NCBI GenBank assembly: GCA_964016885.1
Contig: OZ024746.1
Location: 79,236,001 to 79,300,000, forward strand
From: Eledone cirrhosa
Lineage: Eukaryota
DNA length: 64,000 bases
Direction: 5' to 3'
Shown: positions 1 to 13,915 of the stretch, piece after piece
How positions within the stretch are numbered: position 1 is the stretch's first letter
How the letters are laid out: each line of letters starts with the position of its first letter
Made by a program: the position numbers and the translations under genes
Notes under the pieces: model-generated
Seen by the model: the letters and a program-made list of their open reading frames with translations, nothing else
Told to the model about the DNA's origin: nothing
Database searches by the model: none

Positions 1-436
1 CACACACATTCATGTGGACACACACAGGCACAATCTCAGGCATACGTTCACACACACAAACACAGATATACAAACACATATACATATATAAACACAGTCA
101 TGCACATACTTGCGCACCCTTCCAGACGCACTAACGCATATACATACACATACCCTAACGCATACGCACACGCACAAACGCATACATATGTTCGTAACCT
201 CACGAACATCAACGAATGCGCATACACAATTGGACGCCCACATGCACAAATGTACATGTAAATTGTTCACACACACATAAATGTACACAGAACTGCACAC
301 TCTCAAGCACATACACGTATGCACTTATACACATAGAAATGCACGCATACATGCATAGATAAATAGCTAGCTACCAACATACATACATATACATACACAT
401 ACATACACGCATATATATACACACACATACAAACAC

Positions 437-493
<57 letters not shown>

Positions 494-620
494 AAAGTTT
501 TATTTAAAATTGTTGGGTTACAACGAGTAAATATTTTATAACTGATATAAAGCACTCAACAAGTTTTGGAGTAGATATACGATATTAAACAAATGGAAAC
601 TATATTTATAAAACCATATT

Positions 621-686
621 TATTTCATTATACATATTTCAGGGATACCATATTAAAAATATGGTATGCCTTCTTCAGATAAAATA
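621..686 (-). ncRNA. Type I hammerhead ribozyme motif, family H1 (left arm of fold-back)
   Basis: Reverse complement of the 751-816 motif with one stem II difference; CUGAAGA...GAAA core intact. Confidence 0.8.
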
Positions 687-750
687 CAATATATAAGCAG
701 TTTTATAAATATTTATTTATTTATTTATTTATAAAACTGCTTATATATTG

Positions 751-816
751 TATTTTATCTGAAGAAGGCATGCCATATTTTTAATATGGTATCCCTGAAA
801 TATGTATAATGAAATA
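751..816 (+). ncRNA. Type I hammerhead ribozyme motif, family H1
   Basis: tattttat-CTGAAGA-aggcatgccata..tatggtatccct-GAAA-tatgta-TA^atgaaata: 8-bp stem I, stem II hairpin, minimal stem III, AUA site. Confidence 0.85.
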
Positions 817-863
817 AATATGGTTTTATAAATATAGTTTCCATTTGTTTAATATCGTATATA

Positions 864-1795
864 TCTATATATATAAAACTGTGGTTGTCTGTCTGTCTAT
901 CGATTTTTGGCACACATCTCCTCTTAGAATCTCTGACGGAATTGCACCGAAATTGCTATACTTATACATTGAGCCCTAGCGAAGACATCGGAAAAAAAAT
1001 ATTTCAAATTGACCCACCCTATGTGACGAAATCGAATATAATGTATCGATTTTTGAGCGTAAGTTATCAGTTATTTCCCTTTGTTCTGTTTACATTGAGC
1101 GTCTTACGTAAAAAATTACGCTGGCTTTCTCAGCGTTTAAAATGACATTAACACAATACACGAACAGTTGTCGAGCCAGCAAAATATTGACCTGCAAAAT
1201 TCATCAGTTCGAACACTAAGCTTCCGTTTTGCTTCATTTCCATTTAAAAGCATTTTAAAACAATATTTTTACTTGAAAACAAGTCTATTTAAAGACTACG
1301 TAAAACAAGCAAATATTTCGTCGTTAGGCGTGCAGACAGACAGTCGTGCAGAGAGGTGATATAGGCGTGCAGACAGACAGTCGTGCAGAGAGGTGATATA
1401 GGCGTGCAGACAGACAGTCGTGCAGAGAGGTGATATAGGCGTGCAGACAGACAGTCGTGCAGAGAGGTGATATAGGCGTGCAGACAGACATAACTGATAA
1501 TTTGGTTACGCTAATGTTTTTCTCTGCGTTGCAGTGTTTACATTTTCGATCTTTGTTAATAAATAACCAGTGCAGTTTCTATCCCCAGCATCCTCTTTTG
1601 TTATAACATTCGGGTTATCGTTATGTTTTCTTAACTTCATAAGGCATATTGTTGGTTGAGGGAATATTAATCAAAAACACCACATGCAAGTCTGCACAGT
1701 AGACACTACAGTTTTTAAGCCAAGAAAGAAACTTAACATTGTAACTTTAACACAGCTACTGAGCGACCCCGAGCAACGCCGGGCTTTACTGCTAG
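864..1795 (+). mobile_element. Non-autonomous Helitron-like element
   Basis: 5' TC-tatatatataaaa followed by (gtct)n; 3' GC hairpin cccgagcaacgccggg, then CTAG at 1792-1795; A|T insertion context. Confidence 0.7.
1325..1490 (+). repeat. 37-bp tandem repeat x4.5 inside the Helitron
   Basis: taggcgtgcagacagacagtcgtgcagagaggtgata starts at 1325, 1362, 1399, 1436 and 1473. Confidence 0.95.
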
Positions 1796-1923
1796 TATAT
1801 ATATATATTAATAAGAGGAATTCTAACTTTGTCTGATTTACTCGTTTTATTTACAATCCTTTAAAATTTATAATGGTATTATAATGAAATAGTATGATAG
1901 AATATTAAATTCTAAGTGTTAAT

Positions 1924-1962
1924 TGAACAAGTACTTTCCTGCTTTCGCAATCTTCAGGTTCA
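1924..1962 (-). ncRNA. Minimal hammerhead ribozyme motif, family H2 (antisense arm)
   Basis: Exact reverse complement of 2036-2074. Confidence 0.8.
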
Positions 1963-2035
1963 TAATATGTGGTGACAGTCAAGTTTGCAATTTTCAACTG
2001 CTGAAAATTGCAAACTTGACTGTCACCACATATCA

Positions 2036-2074
2036 TGAACCTGAAGATTGCGAAAGCAGGAAAGTACTTGTTCA
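2036..2074 (+). ncRNA. Minimal hammerhead ribozyme motif, family H2
   Basis: tgaac-CTGAAGA-ttgc-gaaa-gcag-GAAA-gtac-TT^gttca: 5-bp stem I, GNRA-capped stem II, palindromic stem III (AGTACT). Confidence 0.85.
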
Positions 2075-2325
2075 ATTAACACTTAGAATTTAATATTCTA
2101 TCATACTATTTCATTATAATATCATTATAAATATTAAAGGATTGTAAATAAAACGAGTAAATCAGACAAAGTTGGAATTCCTCTTATTTATATAATCTTC
2201 TATACACAATCATACACACCCGTCTATATTTATCTATCTATCTATATATATATACACACATATATACATACACATATATAGACATATATACACATATATA
2301 CACATATATACACATATATATACAT

Positions 2326-2394
<69 letters not shown>

Positions 2395-2627
2395 CATATA
2401 TATAAACACACATACATACATATATACATACATATATATATATATATATACATATATACATACACATATCCATCCATCCGAACATACATACATACAAACA
2501 TGCATACAAATATACACACATACATATATATACATAGGTATATATATATACATACATACATATATATATTTATACACACATACATACATATATATACATA
2601 GGTATATATAGGTACATACATATATAC

Positions 2628-3238
2628 ATGGTGGCTGCCAACTCGTTTTCGAGTACGGCCACTACTTTATATCCATGTAGGAGAACCCCTACCGATGCGC
2701 TGAACGAGTGTGACTTTTTAGTCCAGCCAGCGACTTGAAAACTCTGGTACAAACACTACACTTGTGACAATCATTGACACATAGTGCTGGGCCCATGGTA
2801 CCAGGTGAGGACAAGTGCAGAGAGATCTCCAGATATAAAGCAATGCCTGTGCCGTGAAGCTTTTATAGTGAGCAAAGGCACTGCACAAGGCCAGTCCCAC
2901 TCTCTTAACCAAGATGATATTTACCAAAAAGAAGAACAAGTCAACATCATTGGATACCATCAGGGTTGCAGGTGTTATATCAGAGTTTTCCTTCTCCTAG
3001 AATTCTGCCTTGACAAAGGCTAAGGGGTCATCTCTCCCGGTGATTTTGGATGGCCATTGACTCTTAAGAGCTCCTTTGCCCTTTGACAGGTTTTGTTTTT
3101 AGTCCTGCAGGATGTCCAAAGTCACCCTCCTCACCAAGAAACCTTGGTGGGGTTGCCAGTTTAGTCGCCAACGAGCCGACCATGAGACAGGATGTACTGG
3201 GATACATGTTACCAGTAGCACCAACCGGTGACCTGACA
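2628..3238 (-). mobile_element. Non-coding retroelement, probably RTE-derived, with (TATG)n tail
   Basis: 2628-3037 recurs inverted at 8175-8585; both end in (TATG)n. gttttccttctcctag...caaaggcta resembles RTE 5'UTR sequence (from memory, not searched). Confidence 0.5.
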
Positions 3239-3497
3239 TATATGTATATACATACATACATATCCTGTCTCACAAACATGCAAGTGTTATTCATATGTGG
3301 AGTTATAAATAATGAAACATAAAAGGGGAGGGTGATGGAGGAGAGGGGGAAGGCAAGATACATTTCTAAATAAATATTAATATATATATCACGTGATGAG
3401 TGACACCACACCATCTAGCGATAAAATCCCCCATCTTTAAACATATTCATACGTTCATCACACATCTAAATACACGCACCACACACAGACACACACA

Positions 3498-3602
<105 letters not shown>

Positions 3603-3699
3603 CGGGTATTTCTGGATTACAGACTATATATATAGTCTGTAGTCTAGAAAGAGCCGCCGAAAAGGCTTGAGCTCTGCCATCGGGGTCTTGAACATTTTC

Positions 3700-3746
<47 letters not shown>

Positions 3747-3832
3747 GTAGGAGGTGAGTTTTATTGTAGTACAATAAAGCAATGCAGATATCGGATAAGA
3801 AGCACTCTACAGTTTGTGGGACTGGAGTATGC

Positions 3833-3976
3833 ATAATATAAGATCAAAAGATGGTTAAAGGAGTTCCATATATTTTATTATGCGCATTTCAAAAACAAAT
3901 ATTATTGCTTGATGATGTTTGTTTTTGAAATGCGCATAATAAAATATATGGAACTCCTTTAACCATCTTTTGATCT

Positions 3977-3984
<8 letters not shown>
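3833..3984. repeat. Fold-back inverted repeat (~67 bp arms) with a partial hammerhead 3' half
   Basis: Arms 3833-3899 and 3918-3984; GAAA-tgcgca-TA has a palindromic stem III; the 5' core is disrupted at the inversion point. Confidence 0.7.
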
Positions 3985-4054
<70 letters not shown>

Positions 4055-4087
4055 ATATATATATATATATATACATTATCTTCTCAA

Positions 4088-4142
<55 letters not shown>

Positions 4143-4294
4143 TATCTTTTCAACTTTTCGGACACTCATTTGCATACTCACTCATAACTTTGTATTACCC
4201 TCAATAAAGTATTATCTCCGCTATCCAGGAAGCTCCAACCGTTAAGGTTGTCTTTTTTCCGGGTATGTCAATATTTATTTATAAAACAAATCTG

Positions 4295-4360
4295 TATTTT
4301 ATCTGATGAAAGCGCACCATAATTTGCCTTGGTTGCCCTTGAAATATATATAATAAAATA
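4295..4360 (+). ncRNA. Hammerhead ribozyme motif, family H1
   Basis: tattttat-CTGATGA-aagcgcacca..tggttgccctt-GAAA-tatata-TA^ataaaata: perfect 8-bp stem I; stem II sequence differs from the 751 copy but still pairs. Confidence 0.85.
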
Positions 4361-4398
4361 AATATGGTTTTATAAATATAGTTTCCATTTATTCATAT

Positions 4399-4459
<61 letters not shown>

Positions 4460-4504
4460 AAGTTAAATAAAAAGTCAAATGTTTAAAATTTAGCTTCGTT
4501 TATT

Positions 4505-4560
4505 ACTGCTATATATATTTCAGTGAATAGCCATCTTTGGCTGTGACCTCTTCAGGCAGT
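4505..4560 (-). ncRNA. Hammerhead ribozyme motif, family H3
   Basis: Minus strand: actgc-CTGAAGA-ggtcacagccaaagatggctattcact-GAAA-tatata-TA^gcagt; perfect 5-bp stem I. Confidence 0.85.
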
Positions 4561-4642
4561 CCGAATTAGTGTGGTATCGACAAGTACATATGTTGTTGAG
4601 GTGTATAATATTGTCAATACTCTGATATGCCCAGTTCCATGT

Positions 4643-4702
<60 letters not shown>

Positions 4703-4917
4703 CATAACAAGTTATCGTTTTAGGTAATCCAGTTAGAGGTTGTGAGTACTCTGTACTATGGATAGTTTTAACGTACGGCGTTGTTTGACTCAACAAGAGG
4801 TGTCCTTAGTTAAGTAGTGAGTTTACGAGAATTCCCATGTAGGTTAATCTTAGAGTAATAATAGAGAAAGAGTGAAGAATAACATGGTCGGCTGTTCAAA
4901 AAGGGTTTTATTTACAG

Positions 4918-5026
4918 TATTAACAATTGTTTCATTGATCAGGTGAGTCTAAATGACGCTAATCACTCGAAATTGCGTCACTCGACCTTAAATACAGTAT
5001 GTGTCTCAGATCAAATCATCGGAATA
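4918..5026 (-). ncRNA. Hammerhead-like motif with long stem II and CCGAUGA core
   Basis: Minus strand: tatt-CCGATGA-tttgatc...gatcaat-GAAA-caattg-TT^aata. The host insert start (4703-4771) recurs at ~60403-60466. Confidence 0.55.
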
Positions 5027-5204
5027 TTCGAATAATCGAACTTAAGTTCATGGCCTGATCACTCTAATCACAAAGCGATATATGTAAAGTTGCGTATATT
5101 GGGGAGGGGGGGGGGGCTTTGTCTGTCTATGACTATATATAGACATCGATTCATATTAATAAACAGATAGAGGATAGAAAGCTAATACAGGCACACATAT
5201 TTTT

Positions 5205-6060
5205 GTGTATACTTTGTATGTGTCTATGTGTGAGTGTGCATGAATGTATGACTATGTGTGCGAGTGTATGCGTGTATGCCCTATGTGTGAGTGTGTATGC
5301 CTGTATGCGTCTATGTGTGAGTATGTATGCGTGTATGCCTCTATGTGTGAGTGTGTATGCGTGTATGCGTCTATGTGTGAGAGTGTATGCGTGTATGCGT
5401 CTATGCATGTATGCGTCTATGTGTGAGTATGTATGCGTGTATGCCTCTATGTGTGAGAGTGTATGCGCGTATGGCTCTATGTGTGATTGTGTATGCGTGT
5501 ATGCGTCTATGTGTGAGAGTGTATGCGTGTATGCGTCTATGTGTGAGAGTGTATGCGTGTATGCCTGTATGTGTGAGTGTGTATGCGTGTATGCGTCTAT
5601 GTATGAGAGTGTATGCGTGTATGCGTCTATGTGTGAGAGTGTATGCGTGTATGCGTGTATGTGTGAGTGTGTATGCGTGTATGCGTCTATGTGTGAGAGT
5701 GTATGCGTGTATGCCTCTATGTGTGAGAGTGTATGCGTGTATGCCTGTATGTGTGAGTGTGTATGCGTGTATGCGTCTATGTATGAGAGTGTATGCGTGT
5801 ATGCCTCTATGTGTGAGAGTGTATGCGTGTATGTGTGAGTGTGTATGCGTGTATGCGTCTATGTGTGAGAGTGTATGCGTGTATGCCTCTATGTGTGAGA
5901 GTGTATGCGCGTATGACTCTATGTGTGAGTGTGTATGCGTGTATGCGTCTATGTGTGAGAGTGTATGCGTGTATGCGTCTATGTGTGAGAGTGTATGCGT
6001 GTATGCGTGTATGTGTGAGTGTGTATGCGTGTATGCGTCTACGTGTGAGTATGTGTGCGT
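5205..6060 (+). repeat. 30-bp minisatellite
   Basis: Unit gtatgcgtgtatgcgtctatgtgtgagagt, about 28 copies; source of the CV/YAC ORFs. Confidence 0.95.
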
Positions 6061-6707
6061 AGATGATTTATTATATGGAAATGAATGTGTGTAGGAATGT
6101 ATATCATTATTTCTTTAAAAAAAAAATATTTTTGTTTTGTTTTGGGAAATGATGTCCGTTTTTTTAAAAATATTATTATCAACTTTTAAAACCTCTTCTC
6201 AAATATCTAGATTAACATTGTGTATGACATTCGTAAGTAAAAGATACCCTAATATATAAACAAATATATAAAATAAAATGATTGTTAAACAACAGCAACG
6301 ATAATAACCACGACAACAACAAGTGTTGCACCTTTAGAAGAAAGCAAAGCACCATAAATGCTGTCAGGGTGATTTTCTAAAAAGCTAATATGAATAGCAT
6401 TAATTCAGTTTCTACACCTCAAGTGTATTTGAATGAAGGAGGAAGAAGTTTTTTCTTCTGTTATGAAACTGAGTGAGGTTTCTTTCTCCCCCCCCCCTCT
6501 CTCTCTCTCTCTCTCTCCCCCTCTCTCTCTCTCTGAATATAAGATATTAAAATATTAATAGAACTTGGGAGAGAGGTCGAATAGTGCCATCATTATTAGA
6601 ATAGCGTTAAGAAAATATACAGAAAAGCATAAATACACTCGCATGCACACGCCACACACATTCACACACATTGACACACACACACATATATAAATACATA
6701 TATATAC

Positions 6708-6738
<31 letters not shown>

Positions 6739-6982
6739 TATATATATACAAATATAAATTAGCGAGAATCGTATTTCGGCTTTGGAGATTAGCGAAAAAC
6801 AACTTCCGAGATGTGTGGCAAGCGCTCAATAATTCTGACGAACCAGAGCTACAACATATGTTAAAGACCAAACACACTGAGACGATGGTTAAACCATTAT
6901 CTGCACATCCATGGAAACGACCAAGTAATTCGGGTCAAACAAATAAAAAAATATGATTGAAAAATTTACCCGGACCCCACAC

Positions 6983-7064
<82 letters not shown>

Positions 7065-8174
7065 AGATATATATATACATACAGTATATATACATATATA
7101 TATATATACATACATATATATATATATATATACATACAGTATATATATATATATATATATATATATGGTATGTCTACGGTTGAAAGCATGGAAAGACCAC
7201 AAATCAGAGTAGTACTCGATACATAATTAGATACAGAGCTGGTATATTTAGGAGGAAAAGTTTCGACCGTGAGTTCCTATAGTCACAACCAGAAAACGTT
7301 GGAGCTCATGGTCGAATAGTTTTCTTCCTAAACATACCTATATATATAAAAAAGAGTTTCCTTAACAATCTCGATAACGCAGGTTCAAAACCACAGCGTG
7401 GAATCTTGGAAAAATGTATTTTAGCATACTCTGGAGTGGACCAAAGCCCTGTGGGTGAAATTCCAGAGTAAAAAGCTGTGATGATGTATTTTAGATAGAT
7501 TTAATTTAGATAATTCAAAGGTCCAGCTCTGTCACATTCGGCGTCACGTTCTTCTCCCTAAACATTAATTTACGATTAAAAGTGTCTGTGAAACACTCAG
7601 CAATTTTTACGCTAATGTATGCACTTTAACACTTAGTCGTTAATAGATGTTCTTGGAGGGGTATGGTGCGATATTTAAAGGCTCTTTGGGACCCAAGGAC
7701 TTCAGCTTCTTTATTTTTATTTTAGGTAGATGTGGTCTACGCCACATCAGTTTCTGATGCTGGTTAATATTTTCGTGTTTCACCTCCAAAAACCCAAATG
7801 TTAGTACCTGTACAAATACACTGGGTAATAGCGAATTATATATAAGAGTTCTCAGGACCATATAATTAATACATCCCCTGATTACACTTTCCATATTAGG
7901 AGATCCATCGTAGGATATATTTCCACCCATCCTACTTTCTTGTTTGTAGCATTCTTATTCAGATATCGAGATCCTCTGTTTCTCACTTTCTCTCACGCTC
8001 TAACATTCTCTGGAAGAAATCGACTCTGTTCAGAACTGAAGTGGAATCCCCCCCCCCCTCCAGTTAAAACTGCCAAACACTCCTGTGTCAGAATGGTGAT
8101 CCCACAACTCCATTACGACGCTTCTTTTTTCTATGTATGTATATATGTATGCATGTATGTATGTATGTAGAGAT

Positions 8175-8585
8175 GGAGAGATGACCCCTTAGCCTTTGTC
8201 AAGGCAGAATTCTAGGAGAAGGAAAACTCTGATATAACACCTGCAACCCTGATGGTATCCAATGATGTTGACTTGTTCTTCTTTTTGGTAAATATCATCT
8301 TGGTTAAGAGAGTGGGACTGGCTTTGTGCAGTGCCTTTGCTCACTATAAAAGCTTCACGGCACAGGCATTGCTTTATATCTGGAGATCTATCTGCACTTG
8401 TCATCACATGGTAACATGGGTCCAGAACTATGTGTCAATAATTGTCACAAGTGTAGTGTTTGTACCAGAGTTTTCAAGTCGCTGGCTGGACTAAAAAGTC
8501 ACACTCGTTCAGCGCATCGGTAGGGGTTCTCCTACATGGATATAAAGTAGTGGCCGTACTCGAAAACGAGTTGGCAGCCACCATG
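8175..8585 (+). mobile_element. 5'-truncated second copy of the 2628-3238 retroelement with (TATG)n tail
   Basis: Near-identical reverse complement of 2628-3037, followed by (TATG)n to ~8673. Confidence 0.6.
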
Positions 8586-9287
8586 TATGTATGTATGTAT
8601 GTATGTATGTATGTATGTATGTATGTATGTATGTATGTATGTATGTATGTATGTATGTATGCATGTATGTATGTTCTTCTGGTTTTTAAATTTTTACGTA
8701 TAGAGAGAGAGTCGGTTTCTAACATAGTCGCAAGACTCTCTCATTGGAATTTACACAACATCAACTAGGTAGATGTGTAGATATGGATGTTATTGTATGT
8801 GTGGATGTGTATGTTTCGAGTTGTATGTGTGCATGTGTATATGCTTTGTATCTATACATGTGTATATATGCAGTTATTAGATGCAACATTTTTGGAATGT
8901 TTTACATATTTTTACTGTTCCATTAATGGATTGTACTTGTATGTATGGATCTATGTGTAGATTTATGTATATGCGTGTTGGTATCCGTGTGTGTGTGAAT
9001 GTGTGTGTGCTTGAGTATGTGTGCACATGTGTGTGTCTATGTATGTATGCGTGCGTGTAAGTTAGTGTCATATGTATATTGCGCTAGATATATTGCTAGC
9101 TAGATGGAAGCTTCATCTTATATGGAGCAACGTTTAAGAAATTCATTATTCATGGTATTCATAGTGATAAATGAGCGAATAAATAACCCCCAAAGAAAGA
9201 AGTAAGCACTTTAATAGACATATCTATTGAGAGACATCTAGCGAAAAATATTAGATGGATAGGCATATACATACACACATAGACACA

Positions 9288-9341
<54 letters not shown>

Positions 9342-9478
9342 GGGTCTATATATAAGTATATATGTATATGCATTAAAATACATATATATGTGTAGACATA
9401 CTCACACACAAACACACACATATATATATATATATATGCATTTAAATAGACATACACATATATGTATAGGTGTGTTTT

Positions 9479-9536
<58 letters not shown>

Positions 9537-10194
9537 CATAGATAGATAAATAGATATTTGACAGATAATAACTCATCATTCAACATCCTCATAATATAGT
9601 TTACTTATTAAAAAAACAAAAACAAAAAGAGCAACAACGAAAAGAGAAAGAAAAGAAACCAAGATTATACCAACAACAATGGAAATGTTTATACAACAAC
9701 AGCAACAACAACAACTACAACAACAATAACAGCAGCAACAGCAAAACGAAACTATGTACAAGTGATTGAAAATGGAAGCGAAGTTTATAGACACCTTATA
9801 TGTAAAATGTTCATATATATTCATAAGAGCTCTTCAGCTTGTAATTATAATAAGTAAACAGTTTAGATTTGGTGTTGTTTTCTAGCATTTGTTGGCTTTT
9901 TTAAGAAAAAGACATGTTGAACATATTTACACACGTAAAGAGATTTCTTTATTTATTTAGTAAATGTTGATGTTGTCATTAATATAAAAAAAAAATATAT
10001 GTATATTTATGTATAAAATTTAGAGTAATCAGGTGGCACTTATGGTGAAATGGTGAAACGGTAAAATGGTAAAATGTTGCACTCTGTAATTTGTACAAGT
10101 ATATATGCATGTATGTATGTATATGTATATATGTATATGCATACAACGAATTATGTATCTATGTCTAAATATATACATATATATATTTATATAG

Positions 10195-10305
<111 letters not shown>

Positions 10306-10410
10306 CACATATATATATATATATGTACATATATGTATAAATATATATATATATATTATACACATATATATACACATATACATATACATACACACACACA
10401 TATATATATG

Positions 10411-10444
<34 letters not shown>

Positions 10445-10494
10445 CACATATACATATGTATATCTCTATCTGTTTCTCTCTCTCTCTCTCCCCC

Positions 10495-10546
<52 letters not shown>

Positions 10547-11144
10547 ATGTGTGTGTGTGTGTATGTGTGTGTGTACACATACTTTTCTCATACATATACA
10601 CTCAAAAACATACACACATTCATACATACATATACGTAGATACATATTTGTTTGAGTATGTATTTTACCTATATGAACATAAGAATCGGTAAATATATTA
10701 CTTTAAAATAAAAGATATATTTACAATAAATGTATCGTAATGAATACATTACGATAGATTAAAAAACAACAAATTGACGAAGTAGCAAAAAAGCAAAAAT
10801 GAAAACTAAAAAATATGTTATAATAAATAAATATATAAACAAATAAAAAAATCATATGATCAATCAGAAAGTTAATATTTGCTTCCGATAAATAGTGTTG
10901 AACTCTTTAGATACTCAGGAAATAGATATTTGTGTACATACAAGCAAGGTGTTCTTTTTTTTCCTTTGTATACATTTTGCTGTTTGTATTTTTTGGTGGG
11001 TGGCTTTTCTATCTATATTATTTCACTAATCCAATAAATTACTTTGTACACATAGATTTTATGTAAAGAAGGCAACAGTTACTGAAAGATGATGTTTAAT
11101 ACAGCAGATATCGTTGATAAAATATTATTGAATATATATTTATA

Positions 11145-11472
11145 TCTATATTATAAAGCTGACAGCCGTATGTATGTAAGAAACTTTTCGCCAAACGGCT
11201 GGACCAAACAGCACCTAGATGTAACTTTTTCCAAGTAAGAAAGTGAGGGTATTTTTGTCTACTAAATTTGGTTAAAAGATTAAAGATACTATTCACTTCT
11301 TTAAAATTTTTAAATGTCAACACTTCCGGTTATACGACATTCCTCTCTCTTTCTTAGTCTGTCTTTTTAGATAGATACATAGCTATAACTTCGCGCCCTT
11401 ATAATATGTCTCTGTATGTCTGTTGGTCTGCATTATGAAAAACATTGACTTCGCTATCTGTGCGTGTGTGTA

Positions 11473-11515
<43 letters not shown>

Positions 11516-12090
11516 TGTGTGTGTATATATATATATATAGTGTATATATATATATATATTGTTAGTATCATAAATAAGAGACAGTTTAATTTGTACATTT
11601 TATTACAGCATTTCTTTATACGTATATATACATAGATAAACATGTTATTTACAGTTGTATAAAAATGAAGTATAATTGTTTCTGCTTTTGGCACAAGGCC
11701 AGCAATTATTCCAGTACATTACTGGTACTTTATGATATATAATATATATAATACGACATTCCTTTCTCTTTCTTACTCTGTCTTTTTAGATAGATACATA
11801 GCTATAACGTCGCGCCCTTATAATATCTGTCTGTATGTCTGGCTGTCTGCATTGACTTCGCTTCTAACCAACGTTTAATTAATTATATATATAATTATAT
11901 TTTCGTGTACATATTTTCAACAGTAATACTATACTATACTATGCTATACTATACTATACTATACTGTACTATACTATACTATATGTATTCAACAGTCATA
12001 CTATACTATACTATATATTTTCAACAGTAATACTATATCACAGAGACGGCTTATCGTCTGTTTATCTAAGCGAAGCTAGGTACGTCAGCT
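11145..12090 (+). mobile_element. Non-autonomous Helitron-like element with internal ~110 bp direct duplication
   Basis: 5' TCtatattataaag; 3' ctaagcgaagctagg hairpin then cagcta; 11332-11440 duplicated at ~11751-11860; (ATACT)n tract. Confidence 0.5.
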
Positions 12091-12439
12091 ATATATATAT
12101 ATATGGATGCCAGCCATACCGGCCAGTTAGTATTTAATATTGAAGAGGTAAACTTCCGAAAGTTGAAACCTCAGGGCTCGCCGTTGGGATTCAGTCTCTT
12201 TAATATACCTACTCTGTATTTCCTCATGTATCGAGTACTACCCTAATTTGGCTACAGAAAATTGATAAAGGGCATATAACACCCCAGAAATCATTGGGTA
12301 TTAGCATGGGAGGGAGTACAACCCACATCTTTTGTTTGCCGATGCCCACGTGTGTAGATGCCCATTTCTCTCCTTCTGGAGATTTCTATGCCCTGTTAGT
12401 ATTTTCTGTAGTCAAATCACTGGTGAGTGGCGTCCACAC

Positions 12440-12741
12440 CAGGACCATTTCTCTCTGCCACAAATCCAGGTGATCAACTACTTGACTCTTATGGGGATCA
12501 AGACTGTTCATAATACTTCCTACAGTCCAAACTTAGCTCCATGCAACTTGGAAGGGATGAAGGAGACTGTGACAAACGCCCTGGACACCTTCAATTTGGA
12601 TGACTACAAGGGGGGGGCCTTCCAGAAGTTGCTGGAGCGCTGCAGCAAGTGCATTGACGTTGGCGGATCCTACTTTGAGGGAGACTAGAGTTAAATAAAT
12701 GTATCTGATAAATTGTCAAAACCTCTGGAGTGTACCTCGTA
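12440..12741 (+). pseudogene. Mariner transposase C-terminal remnant with right TIR
   Basis: Translation YSPNLAPC...FQKLLERCSKCIDVGGSYFEGD* matches the mariner YSPDLAPCD and terminal GxYFEGD motifs (internal deletion); ends in cctcg-TA. Confidence 0.85.
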
Positions 12742-13394
12742 CTCCCAGGAAAGAAAAAATGCTGTTATTAAGAAGAGCTTAATTAATGCATGCAAGATTT
12801 CACATCTTTAGCATCACTCTTTTTTCATCAACCTACCCTCGTAGATAAAATAGGTGTAGGCATAGCTATGTGGTTAAGGCGGTTTCTTTCTAACCATGTG
12901 GTTCTGGGTTCAGTCCTGCTTCGCCGTACTTTGAACAATGTGTGACAATTCTGGCTCTTTGAATTAATGGCAAAACTCATTTTTGTCAGTTACGTGGACT
13001 GGTGCAACTTGAAATAAAGTATCTAATCCAAGAACATAACTTAACACCGGGAATCAAAGTCACGACTATACGAACGTGAGCTGAACATCTTCGCCACTAA
13101 GTCATGCACCTTCACTGAACACTAACTACACTCAGACGGTTTCAACTAACTAATACAGTAAAGTGACAGAAAATTCAATTAACAGAGATTATTTACGCAA
13201 AAAGTACACAAACGTTTCCTCTAGAGGTGTTCAAAATCTAAAAATAACAAGCAAGGGAAACAACTCTAATAAGATCAGATAACGGAAGTTTTTTTGTTTT
13301 TTTTGTGTGAATAAAGTCGATGCAAATAGCAGTGGATCTTAAATGGTTTAGATTAAAGCACATTCTGCCATTCCTCTTCTGATTGTCAGTTTCC

Positions 13395-13413
13395 GTCGCT
13401 GTTGTTGTTTTGT

Positions 13414-13473
<60 letters not shown>

Positions 13474-13866
13474 AAGAAGAAGTAGTAGAAGAAGAAGTAG
13501 TAGTAGTAATAGTAGTAGAAGTAGTAGTAGTAGTGGTTTTTGTTGTCGTTGTTGTTCGAACTCTTCATCTTTTATTACAGATGCTAATGTGATTGCAGTT
13601 AGCTCTGAAATTGGTATAGTTGTTTTTTTTTTAATTGTTATTGTTACCACTGATTTCTTTGTCTAGTATTTATATTGTTGTTGTTGCTGTTGTTGTTGGT
13701 GTTGTTGTTGGTGCTGCTGTTGTTGGTGCTGTTGTTGATGTTGGTGCTGTTGTTTTGTTGTTGCTGTTGTTGTTGTTGTTGTTGCTGTTGTTGTTTTTGC
13801 TGTTGCTGTTGTTGTTGTTGTTGTTGGTGCTGTTGTTGCTCTTGTTGTTGTTGTTGTTGGTGCTGC

Positions 13867-13915
<49 letters not shown>

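Larger units (their letters stand above)
575..862. repeat. Fold-back inverted repeat, ~135 bp arms, ~16 nt (ATTT)n spacer; Penelope-like terminal sequence
   Basis: 575-710 is the near-perfect reverse complement of 727-862. The left arm continues to ~494 and matches the reverse complement of 58880-58965. Confidence 0.85.
1810..2188. repeat. Fold-back inverted repeat, ~187 bp arms, ~5 nt spacer
   Basis: 1810-1996 is the reverse complement of 2002-2188 with a few substitutions; flanked by TA-rich runs. Confidence 0.9.

Noticed and set aside
1325-1490. 37-bp repeat as a CRISPR direct repeat
   Set aside because: Head-to-tail with no spacers, inside a Helitron-like element.
1810-2188. Palindromes as amplification or assembly artefacts
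   Set aside because: Arms differ by scattered substitutions here and much more at 59285-59415, which argues for aged genomic repeats; long reads are still desirable.
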